Assembly (NCBI GenBank): GCA_001784875.1
Contig: MFSH01000015.1
Coordinates: forward strand, 47,933-111,932
Direction: 5' to 3'
Length of the DNA: 64,000 nucleotides
Source: Candidatus Moranbacteria bacterium RIFOXYB1_FULL_43_19
GTDB lineage: Bacteria > Patescibacteriota > Minisyncoccia > Moranbacterales > UBA11712
Made by a program: the position numbers and the translations under genes. Under the pieces are notes generated by a model, which saw only the letters and a program-made list of their open reading frames with translations, had not been told where the DNA came from and searched no databases. This document shows, piece after piece, positions 20,066 through 28,908 of this stretch. Position 1 is the first letter of the stretch; every line of letters starts with the position of its first letter.

Positions 20066-21331
20066 ATGGACGCAAATAAAAATTGGGAAATTCTCAATCA
20101 AACCGATCCAGAGGTATATGACGCTCTGATCGGCGAAGAAAAAAGAGAACAAAAAGGAGTAGAGCTTATCCCTTCCGAAAACTATACCTATCCCGAAGTT
20201 TTTGCTGCCAATGGGTCGATTCTCACCAATAAATACGCCGAAGGCTATCCCGGGAAACGCTATTATGGCGGGCAGACCTACACCGATATTGTCGAAAATC
20301 TGGCGAGAGACCGCGCCAAAAAACTTTTCCGGTGTGAACACGCCAATGTCCAGCCGCTTTCCGGCTCGCCCATGAACCAGGCAGTCTATTTTGCTTTTCT
20401 CAACCCGGGCGACACAGTTCTTGCCATGGAGCTTTCTCATGGGGGGCATTTGACCCACGGCGCGCCCGTTTCCCACATGGGAAAAGTTTTCAATTTTGTC
20501 CGCTACAAAACACATCCGGACGAGAAAGGGAGAATTGATTTCGAAGAACTGATGAAAGTTGCGAAGGATTGCAAACCGAAAATTGTAATGTGCGGATATA
20601 CTTCTTATCCGCGGGACTATGACTACACGAATTTCAAGAAGGTGGCGGACGAAGTCGGAGCGATAACCTTCGCCGACGTCGCGCATATCGGAGGGCTGAT
20701 CGCGGCCGGAGTGATGAGAAATCCATTTGATTACGGTTTTGACGTGGTTTCGACGACAACTCACAAATCGTTGCGTGGCCCGAGAGCGGGGATGATAATG
20801 TGCAAAAAAGAGCACGCGGATGCGATTGACAAATCCGTTTTTCCGGGACTGCAGGGAGGTCCGCATATGCAAACGATTGCCGCCATAGCCGTGGCCCTCG
20901 GGAAAGCGCTCGAGCCTGAATTTAAGGAATATGGGAAACAAGTGCTGGCCAATGCGAAAACTTTGGCCCAGGAACTGGTGGATAGCGGCGTGAAACTCAT
21001 CACCGACGGAACTGACAACCACATGATGGTCGCGAACACGGTGCAGAGTTTCGGCATTGATGGCAAACTGGCCGAGCAAACTCTGGATAAAATATCAATT
21101 GCCGTGAACAAACAGATAATTCCGGATGATCCCAATCCGCCGCTCCGGCCCAGTGGAATCAGGCTGGGGACTCCTGCGGCAACAACGCGGGGAATGAAAG
21201 AAGATGATATGAAAAAATTGGGCGCATGGATTGTTGAAGCTTTGAAAAATCATCAAAACGAAAACAAGCTGGAAGAAATCAAAAAAGAAGTAGAGGGTTT
21301 TTGCGTTAAATTCCCGGTGCCGGGGATATAG
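20066..21331 (+). CDS. glyA: Serine hydroxymethyltransferase
   Basis: LIPSEN, NKYAEGYPGKRYYGG, TTTHKSLRGPR. Confidence 0.99.
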   Translation: MDANKNWEILNQTDPEVYDALIGEEKREQKGVELIPSENYTYPEVFAANGSILTNKYAEGYPGKRYYGGQTYTDIVENLARDRAKKLFRCEHANVQPLSGSPMNQAVYFAFLNPGDTVLAMELSHGGHLTHGAPVSHMGKVFNFVRYKTHPDEKGRIDFEELMKVAKDCKPKIVMCGYTSYPRDYDYTNFKKVADEVGAITFADVAHIGGLIAAGVMRNPFDYGFDVVSTTTHKSLRGPRAGMIMCKKEHADAIDKSVFPGLQGGPHMQTIAAIAVALGKALEPEFKEYGKQVLANAKTLAQELVDSGVKLITDGTDNHMMVANTVQSFGIDGKLAEQTLDKISIAVNKQIIPDDPNPPLRPSGIRLGTPAATTRGMKEDDMKKLGAWIVEALKNHQNENKLEEIKKEVEGFCVKFPVPGI

Positions 21332-21402
21332 GAAGAATATTTGCGGCAAAACGTGCCCGCTATACAAAAAATCAGGGAGAAATGGTAAAATAGGGTTTAG
21401 TA

Positions 21403-22128
21403 ATGGACCAATTCCAAAAAGAAAATAAAACTGAAGAAATAAGGCTTGATGTAAAATCAAAAATCCTTTTTGTCATATTGGGAATTCTTATCGTTGGTTC
21501 GGTCTCGGTGACATACTGGCGCTATATGGTTCAGCGCGATTATATCATCAAGGCCCAGATTAACTGTGATCCGGAAACAGAAAACTGCTTCATTTGGGAA
21601 TGCGACCTGATGTCGCTTGAAGAGGGCGAGGCTTGCACGGGCGTTCCCGACAATGATATCTGGTATTACAAGATATTCAACCGCAACGCGAAAAATATCC
21701 CCGATTGCGATCCGGCGGACGAAAATTGCACAGCTTATGTTTGCGGCGAGGGGGAAGCGGATTGCTCCGAAGAATTATGCAACGCGGAAAATGTCCCCGA
21801 AGGCGAAGAGTGCAGCAATCCCGAACAATATCTTCTCGAAAATCCTCCGATGGATGAAGAGGAGTGCGCCGAGGATGACGAAGAATGCCTGTCAGGATCG
21901 GAAGAAAGTGCAGAAGAGTGTGCTCCCGAAGATGAAGAATGTCTGGCGCAGCAAGAGGCCGCTGAATGTGAAGATGGGGATGAAAAGTGTCTAGCCGAGG
22001 AAGAAAGCCTGGAAAATAATGAAGCGCTGGACGAAATGGAAAAACAGGGAAATCCCAGTGAAGACAAGCCGGGCGAAACAGATTCCGGTGATCCGTATAT
22101 TCCTCCCTTAGGCGCAGAGCCGAACTAA
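21403..22128 (+). CDS. Membrane-anchored Cys-rich, highly acidic protein
   Basis: One TM then repeated CxxxDE(E/N)C units. Confidence 0.8.
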   Translation: MDQFQKENKTEEIRLDVKSKILFVILGILIVGSVSVTYWRYMVQRDYIIKAQINCDPETENCFIWECDLMSLEEGEACTGVPDNDIWYYKIFNRNAKNIPDCDPADENCTAYVCGEGEADCSEELCNAENVPEGEECSNPEQYLLENPPMDEEECAEDDEECLSGSEESAEECAPEDEECLAQQEAAECEDGDEKCLAEEESLENNEALDEMEKQGNPSEDKPGETDSGDPYIPPLGAEPN

Positions 22129-22142
22129 TTCAAAACACCAGA

Positions 22143-22562
22143 ATGTTCAAAAAACTTTTCAAAAGCAAAAAAACATGCAACTTCGGAGAGCATTTCACGC
22201 TGGACGGATATGGTGGAAGCTTCAAAAAGCTTGATGATAGAAAATTGGTTCTTCGTTGCCTTGAAGAGCTTCCCAAAAAAATTGGAATGAATATTCTTGG
22301 CGCTCCCGTTGTTTATAAGGCCGACGACAACGGGATAAAAGACGCCGGAGGCTGGAGCGGATTCGTGGTGGTGGCCGAATCTCACATAAGCATTCATACT
22401 TTTCCCCACCGGCAGTTTGTGAGCATTGACGTCTATACCTGTAAAGACGGCATGAACCGAAAATTTGTCGCCAGCTATTTCACCAAGAAATTCAACCTGA
22501 AAGATGTTGAAACCCACTTTATCCGGCGGGGAACAAAATATCCGGTTGATATGGTCTGTTAA
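22143..22562 (+). CDS. speD: S-adenosylmethionine decarboxylase proenzyme
   Basis: GWSGFVVVAESHISIHTFP...DVYTC pyruvoyl self-cleavage motif. Confidence 0.88.
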   Translation: MFKKLFKSKKTCNFGEHFTLDGYGGSFKKLDDRKLVLRCLEELPKKIGMNILGAPVVYKADDNGIKDAGGWSGFVVVAESHISIHTFPHRQFVSIDVYTCKDGMNRKFVASYFTKKFNLKDVETHFIRRGTKYPVDMVC

Positions 22563-22580
22563 AATTTTGCAATTTAAAAA

Positions 22581-23108
22581 TTGGATGCAAATACTATAAA
22601 AAATAAAAGATTCATTCTCCGGAGGCTCAAAATGAGTGACGCAGAATCAATTGTAAAATATGCAAATGATAAACTTGTTGCCAAAAATTTGGCAAGGCTT
22701 CCACATCCTTACACAATAGGAGACGCTAGAGCTTGGCTGAAGAAAAAACAAAATCAATATAAGCAAAAAAATCCCACTGAATTCGTCTTTGCAATCGAAA
22801 TTGAAAATGAAGCGGTGGGTTCAATAGGATTTAATAATATTACTGTTGGGCACAAAGCAGAAATGGGCTATTGGATTGGAAGAAAATATTGGGGTAAAGG
22901 ATTGATGACCGAGGTTGTAAAGAACGCTTCCAGATACGCCTTCAAAGTTTTCAAGCTACGAAGACTTCAGACCTATACTTATCCGAGCAACAAAGCATCT
23001 AAGCGCGTTCTTGAGAAAAATAATTTCAAATTTGAAGGTGTGCTGAAAAAGGGCATCAGAAAAGAAGATATGTTTTTTGATGCTCATATTTTTGCGAAGG
23101 TGTCTTAA
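22581..23108 (+). CDS. GNAT acetyltransferase, RimJ/RimL family
   Basis: AEMGYWIGRKYWGKGLMTE, N.AS.RVLEKNNFKFEG. Confidence 0.92.
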   Translation: MDANTIKNKRFILRRLKMSDAESIVKYANDKLVAKNLARLPHPYTIGDARAWLKKKQNQYKQKNPTEFVFAIEIENEAVGSIGFNNITVGHKAEMGYWIGRKYWGKGLMTEVVKNASRYAFKVFKLRRLQTYTYPSNKASKRVLEKNNFKFEGVLKKGIRKEDMFFDAHIFAKVS

Positions 23109-23133
23109 CTTTAAAATATTTATTCCGATTATT

Positions 23134-23156
23134 AAGGCTTATATAAAGCCTTTTTT
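23134..23156 (+). terminator. Intrinsic terminator after the GNAT gene
   Basis: AAGGCTT-ATAT-AAAGCCTT followed by a T run. Confidence 0.7.
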
Positions 23157-23184
23157 AATTGGAATGATTGTTTCCTAACTGTAT

Positions 23185-23213
23185 TTGACATAAAATAATA
23201 ATTGTGATATTAT
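23185..23213 (+). promoter_or_regulatory. Near-consensus sigma70 promoter of the transporter-methyltransferase-kinase cassette
   Basis: TTGACA-17 nt-TATTAT with extended -10 TG. Confidence 0.75.
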
Positions 23214-23240
23214 GAACCGTTGGATAATTAGGTAAAATAT

Positions 23241-24278
23241 ATGGTCTTGATATCACAAATTTTTGAATTTATTTCGAGCAATTGGCTAATTGTAGCTTTT
23301 TTAGCGCCAATGTCTTGGGCGCTGGTGAACATCATTGATGTTTATTTTGTTGAAGAAATTTATCGAGACGAAGTCGACGGTACAATAATCTCGGGTATTT
23401 TCCAGATACTTCCTTGGATTATCATATTTCCTCTTTTTAACATTAATATTTCTGATTATTTTAGTATAAATTTTGGTTATTATAGTTCTAATAAAATGCA
23501 ATTTTCTTTCTTTATGCATGATTCCCTCCTTTATTCACTCATGGGTGGCCTATTATTTTCATTAGTTTTTTATTTTTATTACAGAGCGCTCTTCAGGCAA
23601 AATGACGTATCTCTTGTCGAGATATTCAATAATTTATCGGTGGTTATTATTCCTTTTGTTGCGTATATTTTTTTTAGAGAAAAATTATCCTTTATCGGTT
23701 ACGTTGGAATGGGTATCACTCTTCTTGGAGCTATGATGTTGATGGGAGATTCGATAGTTAAGAAAAATATCTCATTTAGTCTTCTGAGTACGATGTTTGC
23801 CTGCGCCTTATTCTTATCCTTGAGTCTTGTTTTTGAGGAACATGCTTATTCTATATTGAACGTCCAAGGTCTCGACAATTCAGGTTTTTGGGCTGGTTTC
23901 TTTTTCTTTTCACTTGGGGTTTTTGTGGGTTCGATTATTTTTGCAGTTGTTCATTCTAGAAATATATTGCCTATATTAAGAAAATATACCTATGTTTTTA
24001 TAATTGCAGAAGGTATTTCATTCTTAGGTACGCTTTTTATGCAAAGAGCTCTCGACATCGGGCCATCGGCGTCATTCGTGGTCACCATTGAAACATTTGT
24101 TCCCGCATTTGTTCTGTTGTATAGTATAATTATTGTCTGTGCCTTCCATATTTCCAAGCGTTCAGAAAAAATTGGCCAGATTTTGCCCAATCTCTATAAA
24201 ATGCAGCTAAAAAAACTCGTTCCGAAGATTTTATCAATAGTTATTATGGGGATGGGCGTTTATATTTTTAATCTGTAA
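23241..24278 (+). CDS. DMT/EamA-family membrane transporter
   Basis: About 10 TM helices in two repeats; WALVNIID, YYRAL, FREKLS...G. Confidence 0.8.
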   Translation: MVLISQIFEFISSNWLIVAFLAPMSWALVNIIDVYFVEEIYRDEVDGTIISGIFQILPWIIIFPLFNINISDYFSINFGYYSSNKMQFSFFMHDSLLYSLMGGLLFSLVFYFYYRALFRQNDVSLVEIFNNLSVVIIPFVAYIFFREKLSFIGYVGMGITLLGAMMLMGDSIVKKNISFSLLSTMFACALFLSLSLVFEEHAYSILNVQGLDNSGFWAGFFFFSLGVFVGSIIFAVVHSRNILPILRKYTYVFIIAEGISFLGTLFMQRALDIGPSASFVVTIETFVPAFVLLYSIIIVCAFHISKRSEKIGQILPNLYKMQLKKLVPKILSIVIMGMGVYIFNL

Positions 24279-24290
24279 AATAAGATATAA

Positions 24291-25127
24291 ATGTGTGACG
24301 AAGCATTTAGTTCGATAGATATAGTTCATCAGTGCCTCATAGATGAATCGCGAACCACAGCATTTGCCAGGGCAATAAAAAAACTAGTAAAAAAGGGAGA
24401 CATTGTTATCGATGCCGGAACTGGATCGGGCATTTTGGCGTTATTTGCTGCCAGGGCTGGCGCAAAAAAGGTGATTGCGCTCGAAAACGATGATTTTGTC
24501 GCCGAAATTACAAAAAAAATAGTCGCGGATAATGGATACGAAGACATAATCGACATAAAAATCGGGGATGCAAGAAACTTCAATTTTGGAAAAATTAAAT
24601 TCGACTTGGTTATTATGGAATTATTGACAACAGGAATGATAGATGAATATCAACTTGAAGCGAATAACAATCTTCATAAACAAAAAGTTATTAAGAAATC
24701 AACCATATTTATTCCAAGTCGTGTCGAAACATTTATTTCTCTTGTAAATGCACAATTTGATTTATATGGCTTTAAAATGAAAATGGTAAAACATTTGTGG
24801 AATAATTTATCAGAAAACCAAAAGTATGATATTATTAGTAATGAAAAGGCACTAAACCTGATAAAATTTAATAATAGGAATAAACAGATATTTAAATCCC
24901 TAGTCTCCCTAAAGCCAAAAAAGAATGGAAAGGTGAATGCAATACTATTAAGAAGTAAAACCTATTTATCAAAAGGGATATCTCTTAGTGATACAGAAAC
25001 ATTTAATGCTCCCGTCATAATTCCTTTTGAAGATGAATTTGTCGTAGAAAAAAACAAGAACGAAAAAATAAAAATACAGTATGAATTTGGCAAGGGATAC
25101 CAAACATTTTCAACAAGAAAAAAATGA
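24291..25127 (+). CDS. Class I SAM methyltransferase, PRMT-like
   Basis: HQCLIDESRT..F..AI, VIDAGTGSGIL.LFAARAGAKKVIALE, double-E loop MELLTTGMIDE, beta-rich C-terminal domain. Confidence 0.85.
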   Translation: MCDEAFSSIDIVHQCLIDESRTTAFARAIKKLVKKGDIVIDAGTGSGILALFAARAGAKKVIALENDDFVAEITKKIVADNGYEDIIDIKIGDARNFNFGKIKFDLVIMELLTTGMIDEYQLEANNNLHKQKVIKKSTIFIPSRVETFISLVNAQFDLYGFKMKMVKHLWNNLSENQKYDIISNEKALNLIKFNNRNKQIFKSLVSLKPKKNGKVNAILLRSKTYLSKGISLSDTETFNAPVIIPFEDEFVVEKNKNEKIKIQYEFGKGYQTFSTRKK

Positions 25128-25642
25128 TTCAAAAAAATTTCTCTCTATATAGCGAGAAACTTCACCTAAAAAGAATTGCGGGAGGTGGAAAAGGAATATT
25201 CACAAAGAAAAATATAAAAAAAGGGGAAACTGTGATTGTTTATGGTGGTTACGCAATGACTTCCGAACAACACGCAAAGCTTCCAAAATATATGGAGTAC
25301 TTTTCTTTTCATATTGATGATAATATATTAATAGGCATTAAGAATAAAAAGCAGATATCCTTAGGGGAATATATAAATCATAGTTGCAATCCAAATTGTG
25401 GATTTAGAGACCAATTATTTTTAATCGCTATGAGAGACATAAAGAAAGGAGAAGAAATTACAACTGATTATGCCTTTTTTGTCACTTCAAACACCCTTAC
25501 CTTAAATTGCCAATGCGGTTCGCCTAACTGTAGAGGAGTTATAAGACATACAGACTGGCAATTAAAAAGTTTGCAAAAGAAGTATAAAAAATATTTTCAA
25601 ATTTATATTCAGGAAAAAATAAAAAATAAAAGCAAAAGATGA
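25124..25642 (+). CDS. SET-domain methyltransferase with post-SET Zn site
   Basis: GKGIF, YINHSCNPN, EEITTDY, CQCGSPNC. Confidence 0.93.
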   Translation: MIQKNFSLYSEKLHLKRIAGGGKGIFTKKNIKKGETVIVYGGYAMTSEQHAKLPKYMEYFSFHIDDNILIGIKNKKQISLGEYINHSCNPNCGFRDQLFLIAMRDIKKGEEITTDYAFFVTSNTLTLNCQCGSPNCRGVIRHTDWQLKSLQKKYKKYFQIYIQEKIKNKSKR

Positions 25643-27315
25643 TAACTTGTCCATGGGAACCAGCAAAGTATCTGATATTTTCTAGTAATGTGCCATCAAT
25701 TCTTTTTTATGCTCTAATTCCCGGAATGATTGTCGGCGCGCTTCTGGGCTTTTTCGTTTATTTAAAAAATAGAAAATATCTTCCTGCATTAATATTGCTA
25801 GTAATTTCAATCCTTTTCTTTGCCTGGGGATTTTTCGATTTAATACTTTTTGCTACAAATAATCCTTTCGCAGTTATAGTTTTATGGGCATACACGATTT
25901 TAACTGAAGTCCTCATTTACGCTTTTAGTCTGTATCTTTCTTACGTTTTCCTATTTAAACGTGATGCTTCTTTAAAAATAAAAGCATTTATCTTTTTTCT
26001 TTTGGCCCCAGTTATCGCAGTTCTTCCAACACCACTTAATCTCAAAGGTGTTAACCTTGCGGATTGCACCGCGATTGAAAATAAATTTATTATCTTTTAC
26101 AGTTACTCATTGGAAATATTTTTTGCATTGCTTATTTTAGCAATGGCTCTTAAGAAGTATCGAATTTCGCGGGATTCTTCAGAAAAAAAGCAAGCAATTC
26201 TATTTGCATTTGGGATTTCCCTGTTTCTTATTACTTTCTCATCCGGAAATATTATCGGAAGTATTACGGGAGACTGGGTTACATCGCAGTATGGTTATTT
26301 TGGCATGCCGATATTTATCGGTTTCCTGGCCTATCTCATCGTGAAATATAAGGCTTTTAATGTGAAGCTGATTGCATCGCAGGCCCTTGTTGTGGGGCTT
26401 ATCATCGGAATCGGCGCGCAGTTTTTCTTTATACAGAATACGACCAACCAAATTTTAACAGCAATTACTCTTGCCATCGCGATAATTTTTGGCTATCAGC
26501 TCGTCCGTTCTGTGAAGCTTGAAGTCCAGCGGAAAGAGGAATTGGAAAAGCTCTCAACATTGCTTGCGCAGGCCAACGACAAACTGCACCAGCTTGACAG
26601 GGCCAAATCGGAATTCATTTCCATTGCATCTCACCAGCTGCGGACGCCGCTCACATCCATCAAGGGCTTCGGGTCTTTGCTTCTTGAAGGGACATACGGC
26701 CAGGTTCCCGATACCCAAAGGCATGCTCTCGAAAAGATATACGTGTCCAATGAGCGCCTGATCCAGCTCGTTGAAGATCTTTTGAACATTTCCCGGATGG
26801 AGGCAGGGAGGATGGAATTTGACTTCCAGGAGGCGCAGATTGAGGATCTGATCCAGGAAGCGGCGGATACTCTTGAGCTTTCTGCCAAAGCCAAGAGCCT
26901 TTATCTCCATTGGCAAAAACCGGCTTTGGCTTTGCCGAAAACAAAAATTGACATCACCAAAATCAAAGAAGTGATTTCAAATATGATCGACAACGCTATC
27001 AAATATTCGCAAAGGGGCGGGGTGACTGTGCGGGCGGAAAAAGGGAGTTTCTTTGACCATGAAGCGAGAGAACAAAAAAATGTCATCCGCGTCACCGTTT
27101 CTGATACGGGAATCGGCATGGACAAGGAGGAACTGGAAAGCATCTTCAACAAATTCGAGCGGGGGAAGCAGGTGAGCCACTATCACACCGACGGGACAGG
27201 GCTTGGGATGTACGTCGGCAAGAAAATAGTCGAGGCCCACCATGGGCGCATCTGGGCTGAATCAGATGGAAAAGGAAAGGGGAGCCGTTTTATTTTGGAA
27301 TTGCCAATTAGTTAG
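25639..27315 (+). CDS. Multi-TM sensor histidine kinase
   Basis: About 9 TM N-terminal domain; H-box ASHQLRTPL, N-box NMIDNAIKY, DTGIG, GTGLG. Confidence 0.95.
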   Translation: MITCPWEPAKYLIFSSNVPSILFYALIPGMIVGALLGFFVYLKNRKYLPALILLVISILFFAWGFFDLILFATNNPFAVIVLWAYTILTEVLIYAFSLYLSYVFLFKRDASLKIKAFIFFLLAPVIAVLPTPLNLKGVNLADCTAIENKFIIFYSYSLEIFFALLILAMALKKYRISRDSSEKKQAILFAFGISLFLITFSSGNIIGSITGDWVTSQYGYFGMPIFIGFLAYLIVKYKAFNVKLIASQALVVGLIIGIGAQFFFIQNTTNQILTAITLAIAIIFGYQLVRSVKLEVQRKEELEKLSTLLAQANDKLHQLDRAKSEFISIASHQLRTPLTSIKGFGSLLLEGTYGQVPDTQRHALEKIYVSNERLIQLVEDLLNISRMEAGRMEFDFQEAQIEDLIQEAADTLELSAKAKSLYLHWQKPALALPKTKIDITKIKEVISNMIDNAIKYSQRGGVTVRAEKGSFFDHEAREQKNVIRVTVSDTGIGMDKEELESIFNKFERGKQVSHYHTDGTGLGMYVGKKIVEAHHGRIWAESDGKGKGSRFILELPIS

Positions 27316-27448
27316 TATTTTGTATCTGGTATATCGTATTTGGTATTTTCTGAGGGACTAAATACTAGCTATAAAATACTAAATACCAGCCTTGTTTTTT
27401 CGTGCCATTTGTGGTACGATTTTTTGTGTCAAGCAGAATTATTAACTT

Positions 27449-28726
27449 ATGGAAAACAACCAAAAAGTCTGTGTCATTGGGTTGGGGTATGTCGGCTTTC
27501 CGCTGGCAGTTTTGTGTTCAGTCAAAGGCTACGAGGTGTATGGCTACGACAAAGACAAAGAGAAGCTCGCGCGGATTGAAAAAAAGGAAAATATTGTCGA
27601 GGAGAAATATCTTGACGAAATGATTCCTAAGGCGAAAATCAATATTGTCCGCGACGAAAACGAAATAAGAAATTGCGATATCAGCATCATCGCTGTTCCG
27701 ACACCAGTCGATGAAAAGCATTTTCCGGATTTGAGTTTTGTCCAGTCGGCTTCCCAAACCGTTGCTAAAAATTTGAAACCTGGAGCCTTGGTAATTGTCG
27801 AATCAACCATCAATCCCGGAGTTTGCGATGAAATAGTTAGGCCTATTTTTGAAAAAGAGGGGTATACAGTTGGAAAAGATGTTTTTATTTCCCATTGCCC
27901 CGAAAGGATAAATCCCGGAGATTCGAAATGGAACGTAGCCAATATTCCCCGCGTGGTTGGGTCTTTTGAAAAAAATGGCCTCGAGAAAGCGCTGGATTTT
28001 TATCGGAGTGTGATCGATGCCGAAATAATGCCGATGGAAACAATCCAGGAAGCCGAAGCGGTAAAAATAGTCGAAAACTCTTTTCGGGACATAAACATTG
28101 CCTTCGTAAATGAGTTGGCAAAGTCTTTCAGTCTCATGGGGATTGACGTGACAAATGTCATCAGAGGGGCGGCGACAAAGCCATTCGCCTTTATGCCTCA
28201 TTGGCCCAGCCGGGGAGTGGGCGGGCACTGTATTCCGGTTGACCCTTATTATCTCATTGAAAAAGCGAAGGATTATGATTTTGACCACCAATTTCTACGA
28301 ATCGCCCGGGCCATAAACAACAGCATGCCTTTTTACACGATTGAGCTGCTTCAAACGGCTCTGGCTGAAATAGGAAAATCTCTCAAAAATGCAGATATTG
28401 GAATTTTGGGAGTTTCCTACAAGGCCAATGTCGGTGACCTTCGGGAAAGCCCCACGCTGAAAATAATCAAAAATCTTGAAGAAAACGGCGCCAAGCTTCA
28501 CGTATATGATCCCTATATCCCCGAACATTCAAATGTTTCCGGGATCGAAGAAATTCTGGAAAAATCAGAAGCCGTAATGGTGCTTACGGATCACAGGGAA
28601 TTTCTGGAAATAGCGCTCGAAGATTACAAAAAACAGGGCATAAAAGCCATCATCGACGGGATGAACTGCCTTGACAAGAAAAAAATTCTTGAGCTCGGGA
28701 TGATTTACAAGGGGATCGGAAGATAA
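27449..28726 (+). CDS. UDP-N-acetyl-hexosamine 6-dehydrogenase (WecC/WbpA/TviB family)
   Basis: IGLGYVG, VPTP, ESTINPG, PERINPG, GGHCIPVDP. Confidence 0.93.
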   Translation: MENNQKVCVIGLGYVGFPLAVLCSVKGYEVYGYDKDKEKLARIEKKENIVEEKYLDEMIPKAKINIVRDENEIRNCDISIIAVPTPVDEKHFPDLSFVQSASQTVAKNLKPGALVIVESTINPGVCDEIVRPIFEKEGYTVGKDVFISHCPERINPGDSKWNVANIPRVVGSFEKNGLEKALDFYRSVIDAEIMPMETIQEAEAVKIVENSFRDINIAFVNELAKSFSLMGIDVTNVIRGAATKPFAFMPHWPSRGVGGHCIPVDPYYLIEKAKDYDFDHQFLRIARAINNSMPFYTIELLQTALAEIGKSLKNADIGILGVSYKANVGDLRESPTLKIIKNLEENGAKLHVYDPYIPEHSNVSGIEEILEKSEAVMVLTDHREFLEIALEDYKKQGIKAIIDGMNCLDKKKILELGMIYKGIGR

Positions 28727-28784
28727 AAATACGCATACGAATAATTGGAAAAATGTTTTTTTATCTGATAAACTTGAATATATG

Positions 28785-28907
28785 CCCGGTAGTAGTCCCG
28801 CTCATTTTTTACGGACTATATCCGAGCCAGATATTAAAAGATGATTTATATTTTAATTCGCTTTTGTTGCTTTTTATCTAGGCAATATGAGCGGGATCAC
28901 TACCGGG
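28785..28907. mobile_element. 123-bp MITE-like element flanked by TATG repeats
   Basis: CCCGGTAGTAGTCCCGCTCAT / ATGAGCGGGATCACTACCGGG (19/21); TATG at 28781-28784 and 28908-28911. Confidence 0.75.
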
Positions 28908-28908
28908 T

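Noticed and set aside
20051-21079. 342-aa minus-strand ORF, and similar long antisense ORFs (3941-4600, 31188-31853, 35427-36248, 58659-59504)
   Set aside because: Antisense shadows of well-conserved genes (glyA, rpsB, aspS, carboxypeptidase, murJ) with no recognisable motifs
24291-25127. Annotation as ribosomal protein L11 methyltransferase PrmA
   Set aside because: Shares motif I but lacks the PrmA N-terminal domain and FGTG.H.TT motif, and has a PRMT-like double-E loop and C-terminal domain
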